Notes: generated by a model not told the origin, from the sequence alone. Positions 20,759-31,472 are shown, numbered from the stretch's first letter. The stretch: DNA of 64,000 nt from Nitrospinota bacterium (GCA_036231405.1 JAZAHK010000046.1:7567-71566); one strand, 5' to 3'. Translations and numbers: made by a program.

Positions 20759-21592
20759 ATGAAAGATTTAACTGAGCGAGTAGGTCTAATAGCAGGAGAT
20801 GGAGTTCTACCTTTAGAGTTCGTTAGAACCGCTAAGGAAAAAAACTTTGATGTAGTAGGAATTGGATTGACTGAGGATTCTTCTAGTTCGTTAAATGCTG
20901 TTACAGATAATTCAATTTTTTGCCCCCTTGGTAAGCCGATGAAGATTGTAGAGTACCTAAAATTGAATGAGGTAAAAGAGATTGCTTTTGCTGGGAAGGT
21001 AGATAAGAGAATACTCTTTAAATCAAATGGTGATCTTGATGAACATGCCATTAAGATTTTTAAAAATGCTGGCCATTTGAATGATGTGAATATTATGAAT
21101 CACGTAATTGATTTTTTTGAATCCCATGGACTGAAGGTTATTTCTCAGTTGAAATTTTTGTCTTCTTTAGTTGCTGGAGAAGGTTCTCTCAATGAAATTA
21201 AAATTAATACCAATGATATTTCTGAATTTGGTTATTGTTATAAAATAACTCGGCAAATTGCATTTTTAGATATTGGACAAACTGTCGTTTTTAATAACGG
21301 AGTTGTAATAGCGGTGGAAGCAATGGAAGGTACTGATGCGACTCTATATAGGTCCTATGAATTAGGAGGAGAAGGCGCGATAGTTTGTAAAGTATCCCGT
21401 CCGGAACAGGACTGTCGTTTTGATATTCCTGTCGTTGGTTTTGATACAATCGAAATACTTAAAAAAATTTCTGCCTCAGCTCTTGTGGTGCAAGCAGGTG
21501 GCACTTTAATTACGGATTGGAGAGAAGTGCTCAAAGTTTCGAGATTGGCAGGTATCAAAATTTATGGTTTTCCTGATCGTCCTATAAAATGA
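20759..21592 (+). CDS. lpxI: UDP-2,3-diacylglucosamine hydrolase LpxI (DUF1009)
   Basis: 277 aa. N-terminal GLIAGDGVLP motif typical of LpxI. Located directly upstream of lpxB, overlapping it. Confidence 0.75.
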   Translation: MKDLTERVGLIAGDGVLPLEFVRTAKEKNFDVVGIGLTEDSSSSLNAVTDNSIFCPLGKPMKIVEYLKLNEVKEIAFAGKVDKRILFKSNGDLDEHAIKIFKNAGHLNDVNIMNHVIDFFESHGLKVISQLKFLSSLVAGEGSLNEIKINTNDISEFGYCYKITRQIAFLDIGQTVVFNNGVVIAVEAMEGTDATLYRSYELGGEGAIVCKVSRPEQDCRFDIPVVGFDTIEILKKISASALVVQAGGTLITDWREVLKVSRLAGIKIYGFPDRPIK

Positions 21593-22758
21593 ACTCACAC
21601 CCTTCGAGGATAATGATTATAGCCGGTGAGGCATCTGGAGATTTTCACGCTTCAAGATTAGTTGACTCAATTTTAGAGCAATCTCCAAATGTAAGTTTTT
21701 CTGGCATGGGTGGTGCGCAGATGCAATCTGCAGGCGTAGATATTCTCCATTCTTGCGAGAATATTTCAGTGACCGGTTTCCTTGATGCAATTAAGGTTAT
21801 TCCGGAATTGCGTAAAATACGATCTGATCTTGTTGAATATGCTATAGAAAAGAGTCCTGACATCGTGATTTTTGTAGATTTTCCAGGTTTTAATACCAAC
21901 TTGGTTCGCAAACTAAAAAAAAATCTCGTAAAAAGCCAAATGGTATATTTCATTCCTCCACAAATATGGGGATGGAGACCTGCACGTGCGAAAAAAATTG
22001 CAGATTTTTTTGATTTGGTACTCACAATTTTTCCCTTTGAGAAGCAATTTTTTGAAAAATATAATGTTCATGCACACTATATTGGCAACCCGATATGTTT
22101 TGAGCTAATGAACAAAACGAAAACGGGGTTAAGTAAGGAGCATTTTGGAATAGATGATTCTTATAAAATTATTGCGTTCGTCCCTGGTAGTAGGAAAAAA
22201 GAGTTGAACAGACATCTTCCCCATATGATTGATGCTGCGAGAATTTTACACCCAGAATTCTCAAAAACCGTTTTTGTCATTTCTGAAGCGAATTCATTGC
22301 CAAAAGGTATTATAGATTCAGCCTTGCTCAATTCTGAAAAATTTATTCTCCCATATCGTGGAGAACTATCTGAACTTCTTGGAGTTGCAGACTTTGCAGT
22401 TGTTTCTAGTGGGACTGCTTCTCTGGAGGCATCAGTTATGGGACTTGAATCAATCCTTTTATACAGAACTGATTTTATTACTTACTTATTGTGTAAGTAT
22501 TTCTTAATGAGGGTTGATTATGTAGGATTAACAAATTTAATTATTGGCGAAGAAGTCGTTCCCGAACTTCTGCAAAGAAAAGTAAATGGTGTTGAGATAG
22601 CAAATTCAGTCCGAAAAATTTTAGAAGGAAGAAAAAACACTGAAGAAAAAAAATCTTATATAAAAGATATTAGAAAAAAACTCTCATCTTCAGATCCGTA
22701 TAAAAATGCATCTGAAATCATATTAGAGGATTGGTTTGTAAATGCACAATCACCCTGA
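21589..22758 (+). CDS. lpxB: Lipid-A-disaccharide synthase
   Basis: 389 aa. N-terminal IAGEASGD motif of LpxB (GT19). Confidence 0.88.
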   Translation: MNSHPSRIMIIAGEASGDFHASRLVDSILEQSPNVSFSGMGGAQMQSAGVDILHSCENISVTGFLDAIKVIPELRKIRSDLVEYAIEKSPDIVIFVDFPGFNTNLVRKLKKNLVKSQMVYFIPPQIWGWRPARAKKIADFFDLVLTIFPFEKQFFEKYNVHAHYIGNPICFELMNKTKTGLSKEHFGIDDSYKIIAFVPGSRKKELNRHLPHMIDAARILHPEFSKTVFVISEANSLPKGIIDSALLNSEKFILPYRGELSELLGVADFAVVSSGTASLEASVMGLESILLYRTDFITYLLCKYFLMRVDYVGLTNLIIGEEVVPELLQRKVNGVEIANSVRKILEGRKNTEEKKSYIKDIRKKLSSSDPYKNASEIILEDWFVNAQSP

Positions 22759-23479
22759 TGCTGGACTAGATCAGAACTACGATAGTTTTGGATTGAATGT
22801 GAATGTGTCTTTTCGGTTACGTTTTTTTGCAGGGACAATTTATCATTTCTTGAACTGTATCTACAAAACCATTACGTTTGAATGTCTCCAATCTAGTTTT
22901 CATGAAGAAGTACTTACCGAAAAATTTGGGGGATATATTTTTGTTTTCTGGCATAAACATATAGCATTACCAACTTCTTTTTTTCGAACTATGCCTCATA
23001 AAGTTCTTACTAGTAAGAGTTGGGACGGGGAGTTGATTTCTCGAATCATGTTTCGATTTGGGAGCCAGTTTGTCCGGGGATCATCTAGCGTAGGCATAAA
23101 GGATAAAGGAGGGGGAATGGCTCTCAGGACTCTTATGTTGGGTTCAAAGAATAGATATAATCTAGTAATAACACCGGATGGACCTAAGGGTCCTGCAAAA
23201 GAAGTGAAAATGGGGGTAATTAAATTAGCATCTATTACTGGTTGTAAAATTCTACCCTTGGGCTTCGCTGTAAAAAATTCATTCGAATTGTCAACTTGGG
23301 ATCGAACTATCATTCCGCTTCCTTTTTCAAAACTAATCTTAAATTATGGGGATCCTATTTCGATACCAAAACGTTTGAAATCTTTTGAGTTAGAAAAATA
23401 TAGAGATGAAGTTCAAAGGGGTATGAAAAGATCTAATCTATTAGCAGAATCGTCATTAAAAAAAAATGAGAAGATTTAG
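22742..23479 (+). CDS. DUF374-family lysophospholipid acyltransferase-like protein
   Basis: 245 aa. This family is typically encoded next to waaA/kdtA. Confidence 0.6.
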   Translation: MHNHPDAGLDQNYDSFGLNVNVSFRLRFFAGTIYHFLNCIYKTITFECLQSSFHEEVLTEKFGGYIFVFWHKHIALPTSFFRTMPHKVLTSKSWDGELISRIMFRFGSQFVRGSSSVGIKDKGGGMALRTLMLGSKNRYNLVITPDGPKGPAKEVKMGVIKLASITGCKILPLGFAVKNSFELSTWDRTIIPLPFSKLILNYGDPISIPKRLKSFELEKYRDEVQRGMKRSNLLAESSLKKNEKI

Positions 23480-23481
23480 TT

Positions 23482-24780
23482 ATGTCTTTTTTTATATACA
23501 ATTTATTGCTTTGGGTTTTTTCTCCTTTTCTCTTTTTATTTTTTATTTATAGAACTTGGAAAAGAAATGAATCTTTAACTGGTCTTCGTGAAAGACTTGG
23601 ATTCCATCGTTTTACAACGAAAAATGTACACAGTAGTACAGTGTGGATTCATGCTGTTTCTGTCGGAGAAGTAAAGATTGCAGATACAGTTACAAAAACA
23701 ATCCTTAATTCAAATCCTGAACTAAGGATTTATGTTTCAACTGTCACACAAACTGGTCGATCGGAAGCTTTGAAAATTTTGGGTGTTGAAAAAGTTTTTT
23801 ATTTGCCATTTGATTTTATTTCGTCTGTGAAAAGAATTTTACGATCTATTTCTCCTGATATCCTAGTGATAATTGAAACTGAAATTTGGCCGAACTTAAT
23901 TAAGCAGACTCGAAAAGATGGGTGCCCAGTTTTTATTGTTAACGCTAGACTCTCTGACCGGTCTTTTTGTAGATATAACTCTTTTCGTTTTTTCTTCAAT
24001 CCAATTTTTCAGTTACTAACTAAAGTAGTCGCACGGGGAGAAAAAGATGCAGAATATTTTTTTCATTTAGGTGCTAGTGATGTGATCGTATCGGGGGACC
24101 TTAAATACGATTCGATTAATGATCCTCCTGTGTATAAAAAAAATTCTGTTGACTTTCGTGTATCAAGTATTTTTTCATTGAAGAATATTATTTTAGCTGG
24201 TAGTACTCACGAAGGTGAAGAAGAGGTGATTGTAGATTCGTTTGTCAAACTGCGTCGGAAATTTTCTAAAATCAATCTTATTATCGCCCCTCGTCATTTA
24301 AATCGAATTAAATCAATTGAAGAAAAAATACGAAAAATGGATCAAAACTCAATTTTATGGAGTTCTATTTCTCAATCTTTTTTAGAAGATGGACAAATAA
24401 TTATTTTAGATGTGATGGGAGAACTCTCCAAGCTTTATTCCTGTGCGGTTTTTGCTTTTGTTGGAGGTAGTTTAGTTAAGCATGGTGGGCAAAATCCAAT
24501 TGAAGTTGCTGTGTGTGGAATCCCAGTTATTTTTGGCCCTCATATGTATAATTTTAATCAGGTAGCAAATTTGCTTCTTGATAGGGGTGCTGCGTTTGAA
24601 GTAGAAGATGGAGATGGCCTTGAGAGAGTAATGAACAAATTACTTTCAGATGAAGTTCTCAGAAAAAAGGTAGGTTCTAGTGCTTATAAATTAATTATAG
24701 AAAAACGTGGGTCTTCATCACTAGCTAGTGATTTGATAATGACGGCAATTCAGAGTTCAGAGGTCAGAAAAATTGAATAA
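23482..24780 (+). CDS. waaA: 3-deoxy-D-manno-octulosonic acid (Kdo) transferase
   Basis: 432 aa. N-terminal TM, GT30 fold with WIHAVSVGE and GPHMYNF motifs. Confidence 0.88.
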   Translation: MSFFIYNLLLWVFSPFLFLFFIYRTWKRNESLTGLRERLGFHRFTTKNVHSSTVWIHAVSVGEVKIADTVTKTILNSNPELRIYVSTVTQTGRSEALKILGVEKVFYLPFDFISSVKRILRSISPDILVIIETEIWPNLIKQTRKDGCPVFIVNARLSDRSFCRYNSFRFFFNPIFQLLTKVVARGEKDAEYFFHLGASDVIVSGDLKYDSINDPPVYKKNSVDFRVSSIFSLKNIILAGSTHEGEEEVIVDSFVKLRRKFSKINLIIAPRHLNRIKSIEEKIRKMDQNSILWSSISQSFLEDGQIIILDVMGELSKLYSCAVFAFVGGSLVKHGGQNPIEVAVCGIPVIFGPHMYNFNQVANLLLDRGAAFEVEDGDGLERVMNKLLSDEVLRKKVGSSAYKLIIEKRGSSSLASDLIMTAIQSSEVRKIE

Positions 24781-25855
24781 TTTCAAGGTCAGTATTTTGG
24801 ACGTACTTAGAGGCAAAAAAAATGTCAGGATATGGGCGAAAATACTCGTTCTGATTTTGTCTCCTTTGGGTTTTATATATTCTATTTTGATGTCGATTAG
24901 AAGAACTCTTTTTGAAAAAAATATTTTTAAGTCCAAGTCCCTATTAGTTCCTGTTATTTCTATTGGAAATATTTCACTTGGAGGTACTGGAAAAACACCT
25001 GTTATAGTTTGGCTTATAAAAAAAATTATCGATCCGGGGTTAAATCCTGCTGTTATTAGTCGTGGATATCGTAGTGTAGATTCTAGTCTTACTATAGTGA
25101 GTGATGGGAAAGGAAATGTTTTGACCTCACCTCCTGCTTCAGACGAGGCAGTGATGTTATCTAGGCTATTTCCTAATGTTCCTATAGTAACAGGAACTGA
25201 TCGTATTATTTCAGGAGACAAGGTGATATCCGAACTAAATGCGGATGTTGTTTTGGTAGACGATGGATTTCAATACCTAAAGTTAAGAAGAAATTTTGAT
25301 CTGCTACTTTTTCATGGGAAGAATCCCTTTGGTAACGGTCGTGTTTTTCCTTCCGGTTTTTTGAGGGAACCTGTAGAGTCTTCTAAAAATGCCGATGCTT
25401 TTCTCGTAACTGGCGAAGACAAGGAAGGAGGAATTCAAAAAGTTGAAAGTTTAAATCTTCCTGTTCCAATTTTTACAGGCGAATTAGTTGTGGATAGAAT
25501 TTTTTGCCCTGAAAAAAAATCTAATATCCCATTAGAAAAGATAAAGGAAAGTAAAATTCTTGCTTTTAGCGGCATTGGCAACCCTGATTCGTTTGATCAC
25601 ATTTTAAATAAATCAGGTTTTTCAATAGTAGATCATCTAAAGTTCTCTGATCACACTGTTTATAACAAAAAATATTTTTTGAGAATCAGCAGGAAAATTG
25701 AAAGTTTAAATCCAGAATATATTATTACTACCGAAAAAGATGAAGTGAAACTTGGTGATTTACAGTTGGGAATCCCACTGTTAGTTTTAAAAGTAGAAAT
25801 GAAATTTGACGATCCTGACTCTCTCTTTCAAACTATTCTTGAAAAGATTCTTTGA
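24773..25855 (+). CDS. lpxK: Tetraacyldisaccharide 4'-kinase
   Basis: 360 aa. P-loop ISIGNISLGGTGKTP. Confidence 0.88.
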   Translation: MNNFKVSILDVLRGKKNVRIWAKILVLILSPLGFIYSILMSIRRTLFEKNIFKSKSLLVPVISIGNISLGGTGKTPVIVWLIKKIIDPGLNPAVISRGYRSVDSSLTIVSDGKGNVLTSPPASDEAVMLSRLFPNVPIVTGTDRIISGDKVISELNADVVLVDDGFQYLKLRRNFDLLLFHGKNPFGNGRVFPSGFLREPVESSKNADAFLVTGEDKEGGIQKVESLNLPVPIFTGELVVDRIFCPEKKSNIPLEKIKESKILAFSGIGNPDSFDHILNKSGFSIVDHLKFSDHTVYNKKYFLRISRKIESLNPEYIITTEKDEVKLGDLQLGIPLLVLKVEMKFDDPDSLFQTILEKIL

Positions 25856-25857
25856 TA

Positions 25858-26949
25858 CTAGCTTTTTAAAAATGTTAAAAAATAGGTTCCTAGACCGAGA
25901 AAAAGTACATTAGGAGCGAATGCACAAAAGAATGGTGGTAAAGTTCCATTATTTCCCAATGAAAGACTTGCAAAAAAAATGACAAAAAAACTAAAACCTA
26001 AAATTACAGAGAAAATAGTTCCCATTGCAGATGAAAAATTGAAACTGTTATTAAGAGTGAAAGGAACTATTACTAGTACCAGTATGAAAATCATAAAAGG
26101 CTTTGCAAGTTTCGACCATTTTTCTACTTGAAACTTTGTTGTGTCAACTCCAGTTTGTCTAAGGAAGTCGATGTAAGCTTTTATTTCTCTATAATTCATT
26201 TGTTCGGGGTTTTTCCTTATATCCTGAAAATCGCTAGGTTTCTCTAGTACTCGGATTATTAGTTTGTCGAATTCTTTTTTGAAAATATTTCCTGATGGAA
26301 GGAATTTTTGAATTTTTCCATTCGTAAATATCCAATTGGACTTCTTTTCATCCCATTTTACCTGAAGTGCTTGGATCTTTTTCCTCAGATTAAATCCCTT
26401 GTCTAAGAAAAAAAGAGTAGCATTTTTCATTTTCTTAAGTTTAGGGTCATAGTGCTTAATGAACCATATTAGAGATTTATCTTTAGATCTAAACCACACA
26501 GAATTTTGCTCTTGATAGGACTTGATAGGTATTTTCTTTATATTTGATCTCCAGTTGTAATACCATAACTCATTAGTTTTAGGAGTTATAAACTCGCTTG
26601 CAAGAAAATTTAAAAGTCCTATGGCCAAAGTTGCGATCAGGATCGGACTAATTATTTTGTAAATACTGAGTCCGAAAACTAACATAGAAAGGATCTCTTT
26701 TCTTCTGGTAAAAATGAATAAAGTCGTGACAGAACCTAATAGGACTGAAACCGGCATGGCTTCAACCGAAAGCATTGGGATTTTGTAAATGAAATAAAGG
26801 AAACTGTGGTACAAAGTAGCGTTTTTTTCTAATAAATCATCAATGCGTTCAATAAATTCTGCGAGTAAAAAAAGAGTGGTAGTTCCGATATGAAAAAGTG
26901 TTACGAAAATTAAAAATTGCTTTAGTATATATCTTTCGATTATTTTCAT
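25858..26949 (-). CDS. lptG: LPS export permease LptG (YjgP/YjgQ family)
   Basis: 363 aa. 6-TM permease with periplasmic beta-jellyroll insert. Downstream partner of lptF, with a 4-nt overlap. Confidence 0.78.
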   Translation of the reverse strand: MKIIERYILKQFLIFVTLFHIGTTTLFLLAEFIERIDDLLEKNATLYHSFLYFIYKIPMLSVEAMPVSVLLGSVTTLFIFTRRKEILSMLVFGLSIYKIISPILIATLAIGLLNFLASEFITPKTNELWYYNWRSNIKKIPIKSYQEQNSVWFRSKDKSLIWFIKHYDPKLKKMKNATLFFLDKGFNLRKKIQALQVKWDEKKSNWIFTNGKIQKFLPSGNIFKKEFDKLIIRVLEKPSDFQDIRKNPEQMNYREIKAYIDFLRQTGVDTTKFQVEKWSKLAKPFMIFILVLVIVPFTLNNSFNFSSAMGTIFSVILGFSFFVIFFASLSLGNNGTLPPFFCAFAPNVLFLGLGTYFLTFLKS

Positions 26950-28175
26950 GATTTTCTTGTAATTATGTTTATTAAATTTGATAAGGATTCAAAAGGTTTT
27001 ACCATTAGATTTAGAAATTGTATGCTCCCCTCATTATTGACTTTACGTACTGTATACAAAGTTAGTGTTAGAAGAACGACATTTGCCCCCCAGGCCGAAA
27101 CTATTGGATATAAAAATCCATTTTCGCCAATACCTTTAAAAAAGGTATCAAGAAGGTAATAAAAGAATAATATGATTAGACTAAATAAAAATCCTCCCTG
27201 TCTCCCAGTTCTTTGATTCGTAACACCGAGAGATGCTCCAAGCATTGCAAAAATCAAAGGAATTAAAGGGAAAGCAATCCTCCTATGGAATTCAATTAAG
27301 TATAGGAGTTCTTTTTTTGAATCTTTTTCTGCGTTTTCAATTTCGAAGTTTAATACTTCGATTGGCAATTCCCTGAGTCGAAGACGGAAGGGACTAAAAT
27401 CTTCATTCCTTTGTAGCAAGTCTATTTTGAGATGATATTTTTTGAACTGTGTAATTCTGTAACTTCTTTTCTGAGTAGGGACAATTGAATTTCCAATGTT
27501 TCCTCTTTTTTGAATTTCATTCACTTCTGTGTGAATTGACCCATCATACAACTGAAAAATAATTAAGTTTTTCAATTTATTTCTTTTGAAAATAGCTTTT
27601 TTAGCAAAAATAATTTTCTTATTTTTCTTATTTCTAGATTCAGAGATAATGATGCCTCGTAAAACCTTACTTTCTTTACTTTTTTTACCTACAAAAATTA
27701 CTATTCCGTCTGCAATTTTTTTAAAGACTTGTTCTTGTATATTAGAATCAATTTGACTAATTGAGATAATTCTTTTGCTTATAGCCCTGCTATTTAAAAA
27801 TCCCCATGGGAGCGCATAAATAGTCAAAAAGAACATAATTAATGTAGTGATAGTACCTAAAAGAATTACAGGTGTTAGTTGTGAATAAAAACTCATTCCA
27901 GATGAGGACATTGCTAGCAATTCATTGTCGTGTGAAAACTTGCTATAAACTAATCCGGTAGCAATTAGAACTGACATAGGAATATTCGTTAGGAGTAGAA
28001 TTGGAAGTGAAGTCATTAAAAAATTTAATACAATAGTGAAAGGGATCTTATTTATTATAATTAGTTGAGTTATTTCAAAAATGCGACCTAGAAATAAAAC
28101 AAAAGTAAGCAAAATAAGTAAGAAAAACGACCAAACAATAATTTCTTTTAATAGATAAGTGTGTAACTTTTTCAA
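26946..28175 (-). CDS. lptF: LPS export permease LptF (YjgP/YjgQ family)
   Basis: 409 aa. Same family, upstream member of the pair. Confidence 0.78.
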   Translation of the reverse strand: MKKLHTYLLKEIIVWSFFLLILLTFVLFLGRIFEITQLIIINKIPFTIVLNFLMTSLPILLLTNIPMSVLIATGLVYSKFSHDNELLAMSSSGMSFYSQLTPVILLGTITTLIMFFLTIYALPWGFLNSRAISKRIISISQIDSNIQEQVFKKIADGIVIFVGKKSKESKVLRGIIISESRNKKNKKIIFAKKAIFKRNKLKNLIIFQLYDGSIHTEVNEIQKRGNIGNSIVPTQKRSYRITQFKKYHLKIDLLQRNEDFSPFRLRLRELPIEVLNFEIENAEKDSKKELLYLIEFHRRIAFPLIPLIFAMLGASLGVTNQRTGRQGGFLFSLIILFFYYLLDTFFKGIGENGFLYPIVSAWGANVVLLTLTLYTVRKVNNEGSIQFLNLMVKPFESLSNLINIITRKS

Positions 28176-28346
28176 TATAGGTAGTCCAATTTTATATCTT
28201 TAATTTAAAAAAGAGTTAAGTTAAGTGTAAAAATATGGAACTAAAATCAAAGAAACTATATAGAACTATAGACATTTTTTAGTTTCCTAAAAAATTGTAC
28301 AATTATTTCATCAAAATTTCGATTTCTTTTTTTAAGGAACTTCGAT

Positions 28347-29387
28347 TTGGAAAAGGTTGATTTTTCAGATTATACGAGCCACACAGTACTAGCGCCTAAC
28401 TGGATAGGTGATACTGCAATGGCAGCACCTTTTTTTGCTTCACTTCGGTCCATTTTTCCCAATTGTAAGATTAAAGTTATAGTCAATCCTTGGGTTGAAG
28501 GCCTCGTAAAAAACTATCCCTGGGTAGATGAAGTCATTAAACTCCATAGTCACAGTGTATGGCATTTAATAAAAGTTCTTCGATATGGAGAGTTGAAAAA
28601 GAAATTCTCATCAGATATTTTTTGGCTTTTACCCAACAGTTTCCGTTCTGCAGTAATGTGTTTTTTGGCAGGTGGAAAATTAAGAATAGGATACTCCGCC
28701 AGTTTTAGAAAGCAATTACTTACGAATCCAATTTTTCTGCCAAAAAATAAATCTCAATATCTAACAGACTATTATCTGGGTCTTTTGGTTGCTAATGGAT
28801 TGACTCCTATCTCTGAGAGGGTTTCTATCGAAATAAGGGATGATTTGCTTGAAATTTCAAAGAATACTTTGAGTAGATTTATTAATTTATCCGAACGTCC
28901 CTTAGTAGGTCTTCATCCGGGAGCATTTTTTGGTTCCTCCAAAACTTGGGACCCAAAAAATTTTGGACAGTTAGCCGAGCGATTAACGGATAGGGAAGAT
29001 GCTAAAGTTTTAGTTTTTGGTGGTCCTGGCGAGGAAGAATTAACAGAAATGGTCGTGAAACATTCTAGAGGGAAAGCTTTTAATTTTTTTGGAAGAGATG
29101 AATTATTGATTTTACCTGGAATACTTTCTATGCTTGATGTTTTAATTTCTGGCGATACAGGTCCATTGCACATAGCATCTCTGGTGGGTACTCCAACAGT
29201 TTCTCTTTTTGGTCCTACTGACCCAAAACTTACTGCACCAAGAGGACCTAGAAATCTATATGTATATAAAAATTTAGAGTGTAGCCCGTGTTTTCAGAGG
29301 GTTTGCCCTTTACATCACCACGACTGTATGCAGAAAATCACAATTGGAGAGGTAGAAAATAAAACAAGAGATCTATTGAGACTTTGA
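28347..29387 (+). CDS. ADP-heptose:LPS heptosyltransferase (GT9; likely heptosyltransferase II)
   Basis: 346 aa from a TTG start. GT9 N-terminus VLAPNWIGDTAMAAP and C-terminal GDTGPLHIAS motif. Confidence 0.8.
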   Translation: MEKVDFSDYTSHTVLAPNWIGDTAMAAPFFASLRSIFPNCKIKVIVNPWVEGLVKNYPWVDEVIKLHSHSVWHLIKVLRYGELKKKFSSDIFWLLPNSFRSAVMCFLAGGKLRIGYSASFRKQLLTNPIFLPKNKSQYLTDYYLGLLVANGLTPISERVSIEIRDDLLEISKNTLSRFINLSERPLVGLHPGAFFGSSKTWDPKNFGQLAERLTDREDAKVLVFGGPGEEELTEMVVKHSRGKAFNFFGRDELLILPGILSMLDVLISGDTGPLHIASLVGTPTVSLFGPTDPKLTAPRGPRNLYVYKNLECSPCFQRVCPLHHHDCMQKITIGEVENKTRDLLRL

Positions 29388-29400
29388 GGGAGAGAGGAGT

Positions 29401-29970
29401 TTGAAAAAAAGAAAAGCTATTTTTTTAGATCGTGATGGGACTTTAAATCGTGATGTTGGGTATGTAACACACTTAGATGATTATGAACTTCTTCCGCGTG
29501 CTGGTGCAGCTGTGAAGAAGATAAATGATACTGGTTTTCTCGCAGTTTTAGTCACTAATCAGGCGGGTGTAGCAAGAGGATATTTCGAGGAATCAATGAT
29601 AGGAAAGGTTCATGGGAAACTCCAGAAAGGACTTGAATTAGAAAATGCGAATTTAGATGCCATTTACTACTGCCCCCATGTTTCCAATGGTGCAGATAAA
29701 ACTTTTTCTAAGGATTGTGAAATGAGAAAACCAAAACCGGGGATGCTCTTAAAGGCTGCACATGAATTAGATGTGGATTTAACTCAATCGTTTATGATTG
29801 GTGATAAATTTTCGGACTTGGAATGTGGTTGGTCTGCGGGTTGCCAATCTGCTTTAGTTCTAACAGGCTACGGAAGAGGTGAGTTTGAAACAAATAGTGA
29901 AAAGTGGTTGCGTCAACCAGATTTCGTAGCGGAAGATGTTTATCATGCCGTTGAACTTATTTTTTCTTAA
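29401..29970 (+). CDS. gmhB: D-glycero-D-manno-heptose 1,7-bisphosphate phosphatase
   Basis: 189 aa. HAD motif I FLDRDGTLN, plus the C-x-H-x-C...C zinc-like cluster typical of GmhB. Confidence 0.85.
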   Translation: MKKRKAIFLDRDGTLNRDVGYVTHLDDYELLPRAGAAVKKINDTGFLAVLVTNQAGVARGYFEESMIGKVHGKLQKGLELENANLDAIYYCPHVSNGADKTFSKDCEMRKPKPGMLLKAAHELDVDLTQSFMIGDKFSDLECGWSAGCQSALVLTGYGRGEFETNSEKWLRQPDFVAEDVYHAVELIFS

Positions 29971-29986
29971 ATTTTAAGGTTACGAT

Positions 29987-30970
29987 TTGGCTCAGGAATT
30001 AAAAAAATATATTTCAGAGTTCCCATCCTTGAGAGTTGCAGTAATTGGCGATTTTATCGCAGATGAATTTATTTATGGTGAGACTTCTAGGATTAGCAGA
30101 GAAGCACCTGTAATAGTTTTAGATTTTCAAGATCGGTCTTTGATCCCAGGTGGGGGTGGTAATGCTGCGATGAATGCTGCCTCGCTTAGTAGTAGCGTAT
30201 TTGCGGTCGGAGTAGTTGGAATGGATTCAGAGGGGGAAGAACTCAAAAATAAAATGTCTTCTCACAATATTAATGTGGATTGCCTTATAGTTGATAAGGA
30301 GACTGTAACTCCTACTAAAAAGAGGATTTTAGCAGGAGGGAAAAATACTACTCGCCAACAAGTTATTCGGGTAGACAATGAAAAAATAAGGAATTTTTCT
30401 AAGCATATGGAATCTCAACTTGTAGGTTCTCTTGAAAACTTATGTAGAGAAGGTATAAATGCGGTAATCGTTTCAGATTATGGTTTAGGTGTAGTTACAG
30501 AAAAAATTAGAAATTTAGTACGGGAAATTTCTAATAATCTTATTGTCACTGTTGACAGTCGTTGGTCTTGTCAAAAATTTAAGGGAATTACCGCAATCAC
30601 TCCCAATGAGGAGGAAGTTGAAGAAGCTATTGGATTCTATCCAAATGACAAAAATATTGATAAGGCTGGAGCTGAACTTTTGGATATGACGGATGCGAAA
30701 GCTGTATTGATAACTCGAGGCAAGAAAGGTATGAGCGTTTTTCAAAAGAAAAACTCTAGGATAGATGTTCCGATCTTTGGATCCGATCAAGTTGCAGATG
30801 TAACTGGTGCCGGAGATACTGTTATTTCTGCTTTTACACTTTCTCTCGCATCTGGTGCAGATTTCCAAGAGGCAGCCGAAATTGCAAGTGTTGCTGCAGG
30901 AATAGTTGTCATGAAAATGGGAACTGCTGTAGTAGGATTAGATGAACTAAACGATGCTTTAGAAGGATGA
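29987..30970 (+). CDS. hldA: D-glycero-beta-D-manno-heptose-7-phosphate kinase (stand-alone HldE domain I)
   Basis: 327 aa. PfkB/ribokinase fold with C-terminal GAGDT motif (DVTGAGDTV). Immediately followed by a separate adenylyltransferase gene. Confidence 0.85.
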   Translation: MAQELKKYISEFPSLRVAVIGDFIADEFIYGETSRISREAPVIVLDFQDRSLIPGGGGNAAMNAASLSSSVFAVGVVGMDSEGEELKNKMSSHNINVDCLIVDKETVTPTKKRILAGGKNTTRQQVIRVDNEKIRNFSKHMESQLVGSLENLCREGINAVIVSDYGLGVVTEKIRNLVREISNNLIVTVDSRWSCQKFKGITAITPNEEEVEEAIGFYPNDKNIDKAGAELLDMTDAKAVLITRGKKGMSVFQKKNSRIDVPIFGSDQVADVTGAGDTVISAFTLSLASGADFQEAAEIASVAAGIVVMKMGTAVVGLDELNDALEG

Positions 30971-30974
30971 AAAT

Positions 30975-31472
30975 TTGGATAAAGATCATAATCCTTATTT
31001 AGGAAAATTACGGAGTCTCGAAAATTTAGGGATGGAGGTACAAAGACAAAGGGAGAAGGGTAAAGTCATTGTTTTTGCTAATGGATGTTTCGATATACTT
31101 CATGTTGGCCATATAAGATATCTTCGTGAGGCAAAGGCAAGCGGAGATATCCTAATTGTAGGGATCAATAGTGATCAATCCACTAGAGTCCTAAAAGGAG
31201 AGGGAAGACCATTTGTTCCTGAAGAAGAAAGACTACAAATAATTTCTGAATTACTGTGTGTAGATTACATTCTTCTTTTTAATGAACTAGATGTGACCGA
31301 GATCCTCTTACATCTTCAACCAGAATTTCATGCCAAAGGAACGGATTACACCGTAGATAACGTACCTGAGAAAGAAACAGTTGCGAGATACGGAGGGAAA
31401 ATTTTGATATGTGGTGATCCAAAGAATCATTCTTCAACAGAATTAGGTGAAATTTTAAAAGAATCAAATTAA
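30975..31472 (+). CDS. hldC: D-glycero-beta-D-manno-heptose 1-phosphate adenylyltransferase (stand-alone HldE domain II)
   Basis: 165 aa. Cytidylyltransferase-like (T/H)xGH motif NGCFDILHVGH. Confidence 0.85.
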   Translation: MDKDHNPYLGKLRSLENLGMEVQRQREKGKVIVFANGCFDILHVGHIRYLREAKASGDILIVGINSDQSTRVLKGEGRPFVPEEERLQIISELLCVDYILLFNELDVTEILLHLQPEFHAKGTDYTVDNVPEKETVARYGGKILICGDPKNHSSTELGEILKESN

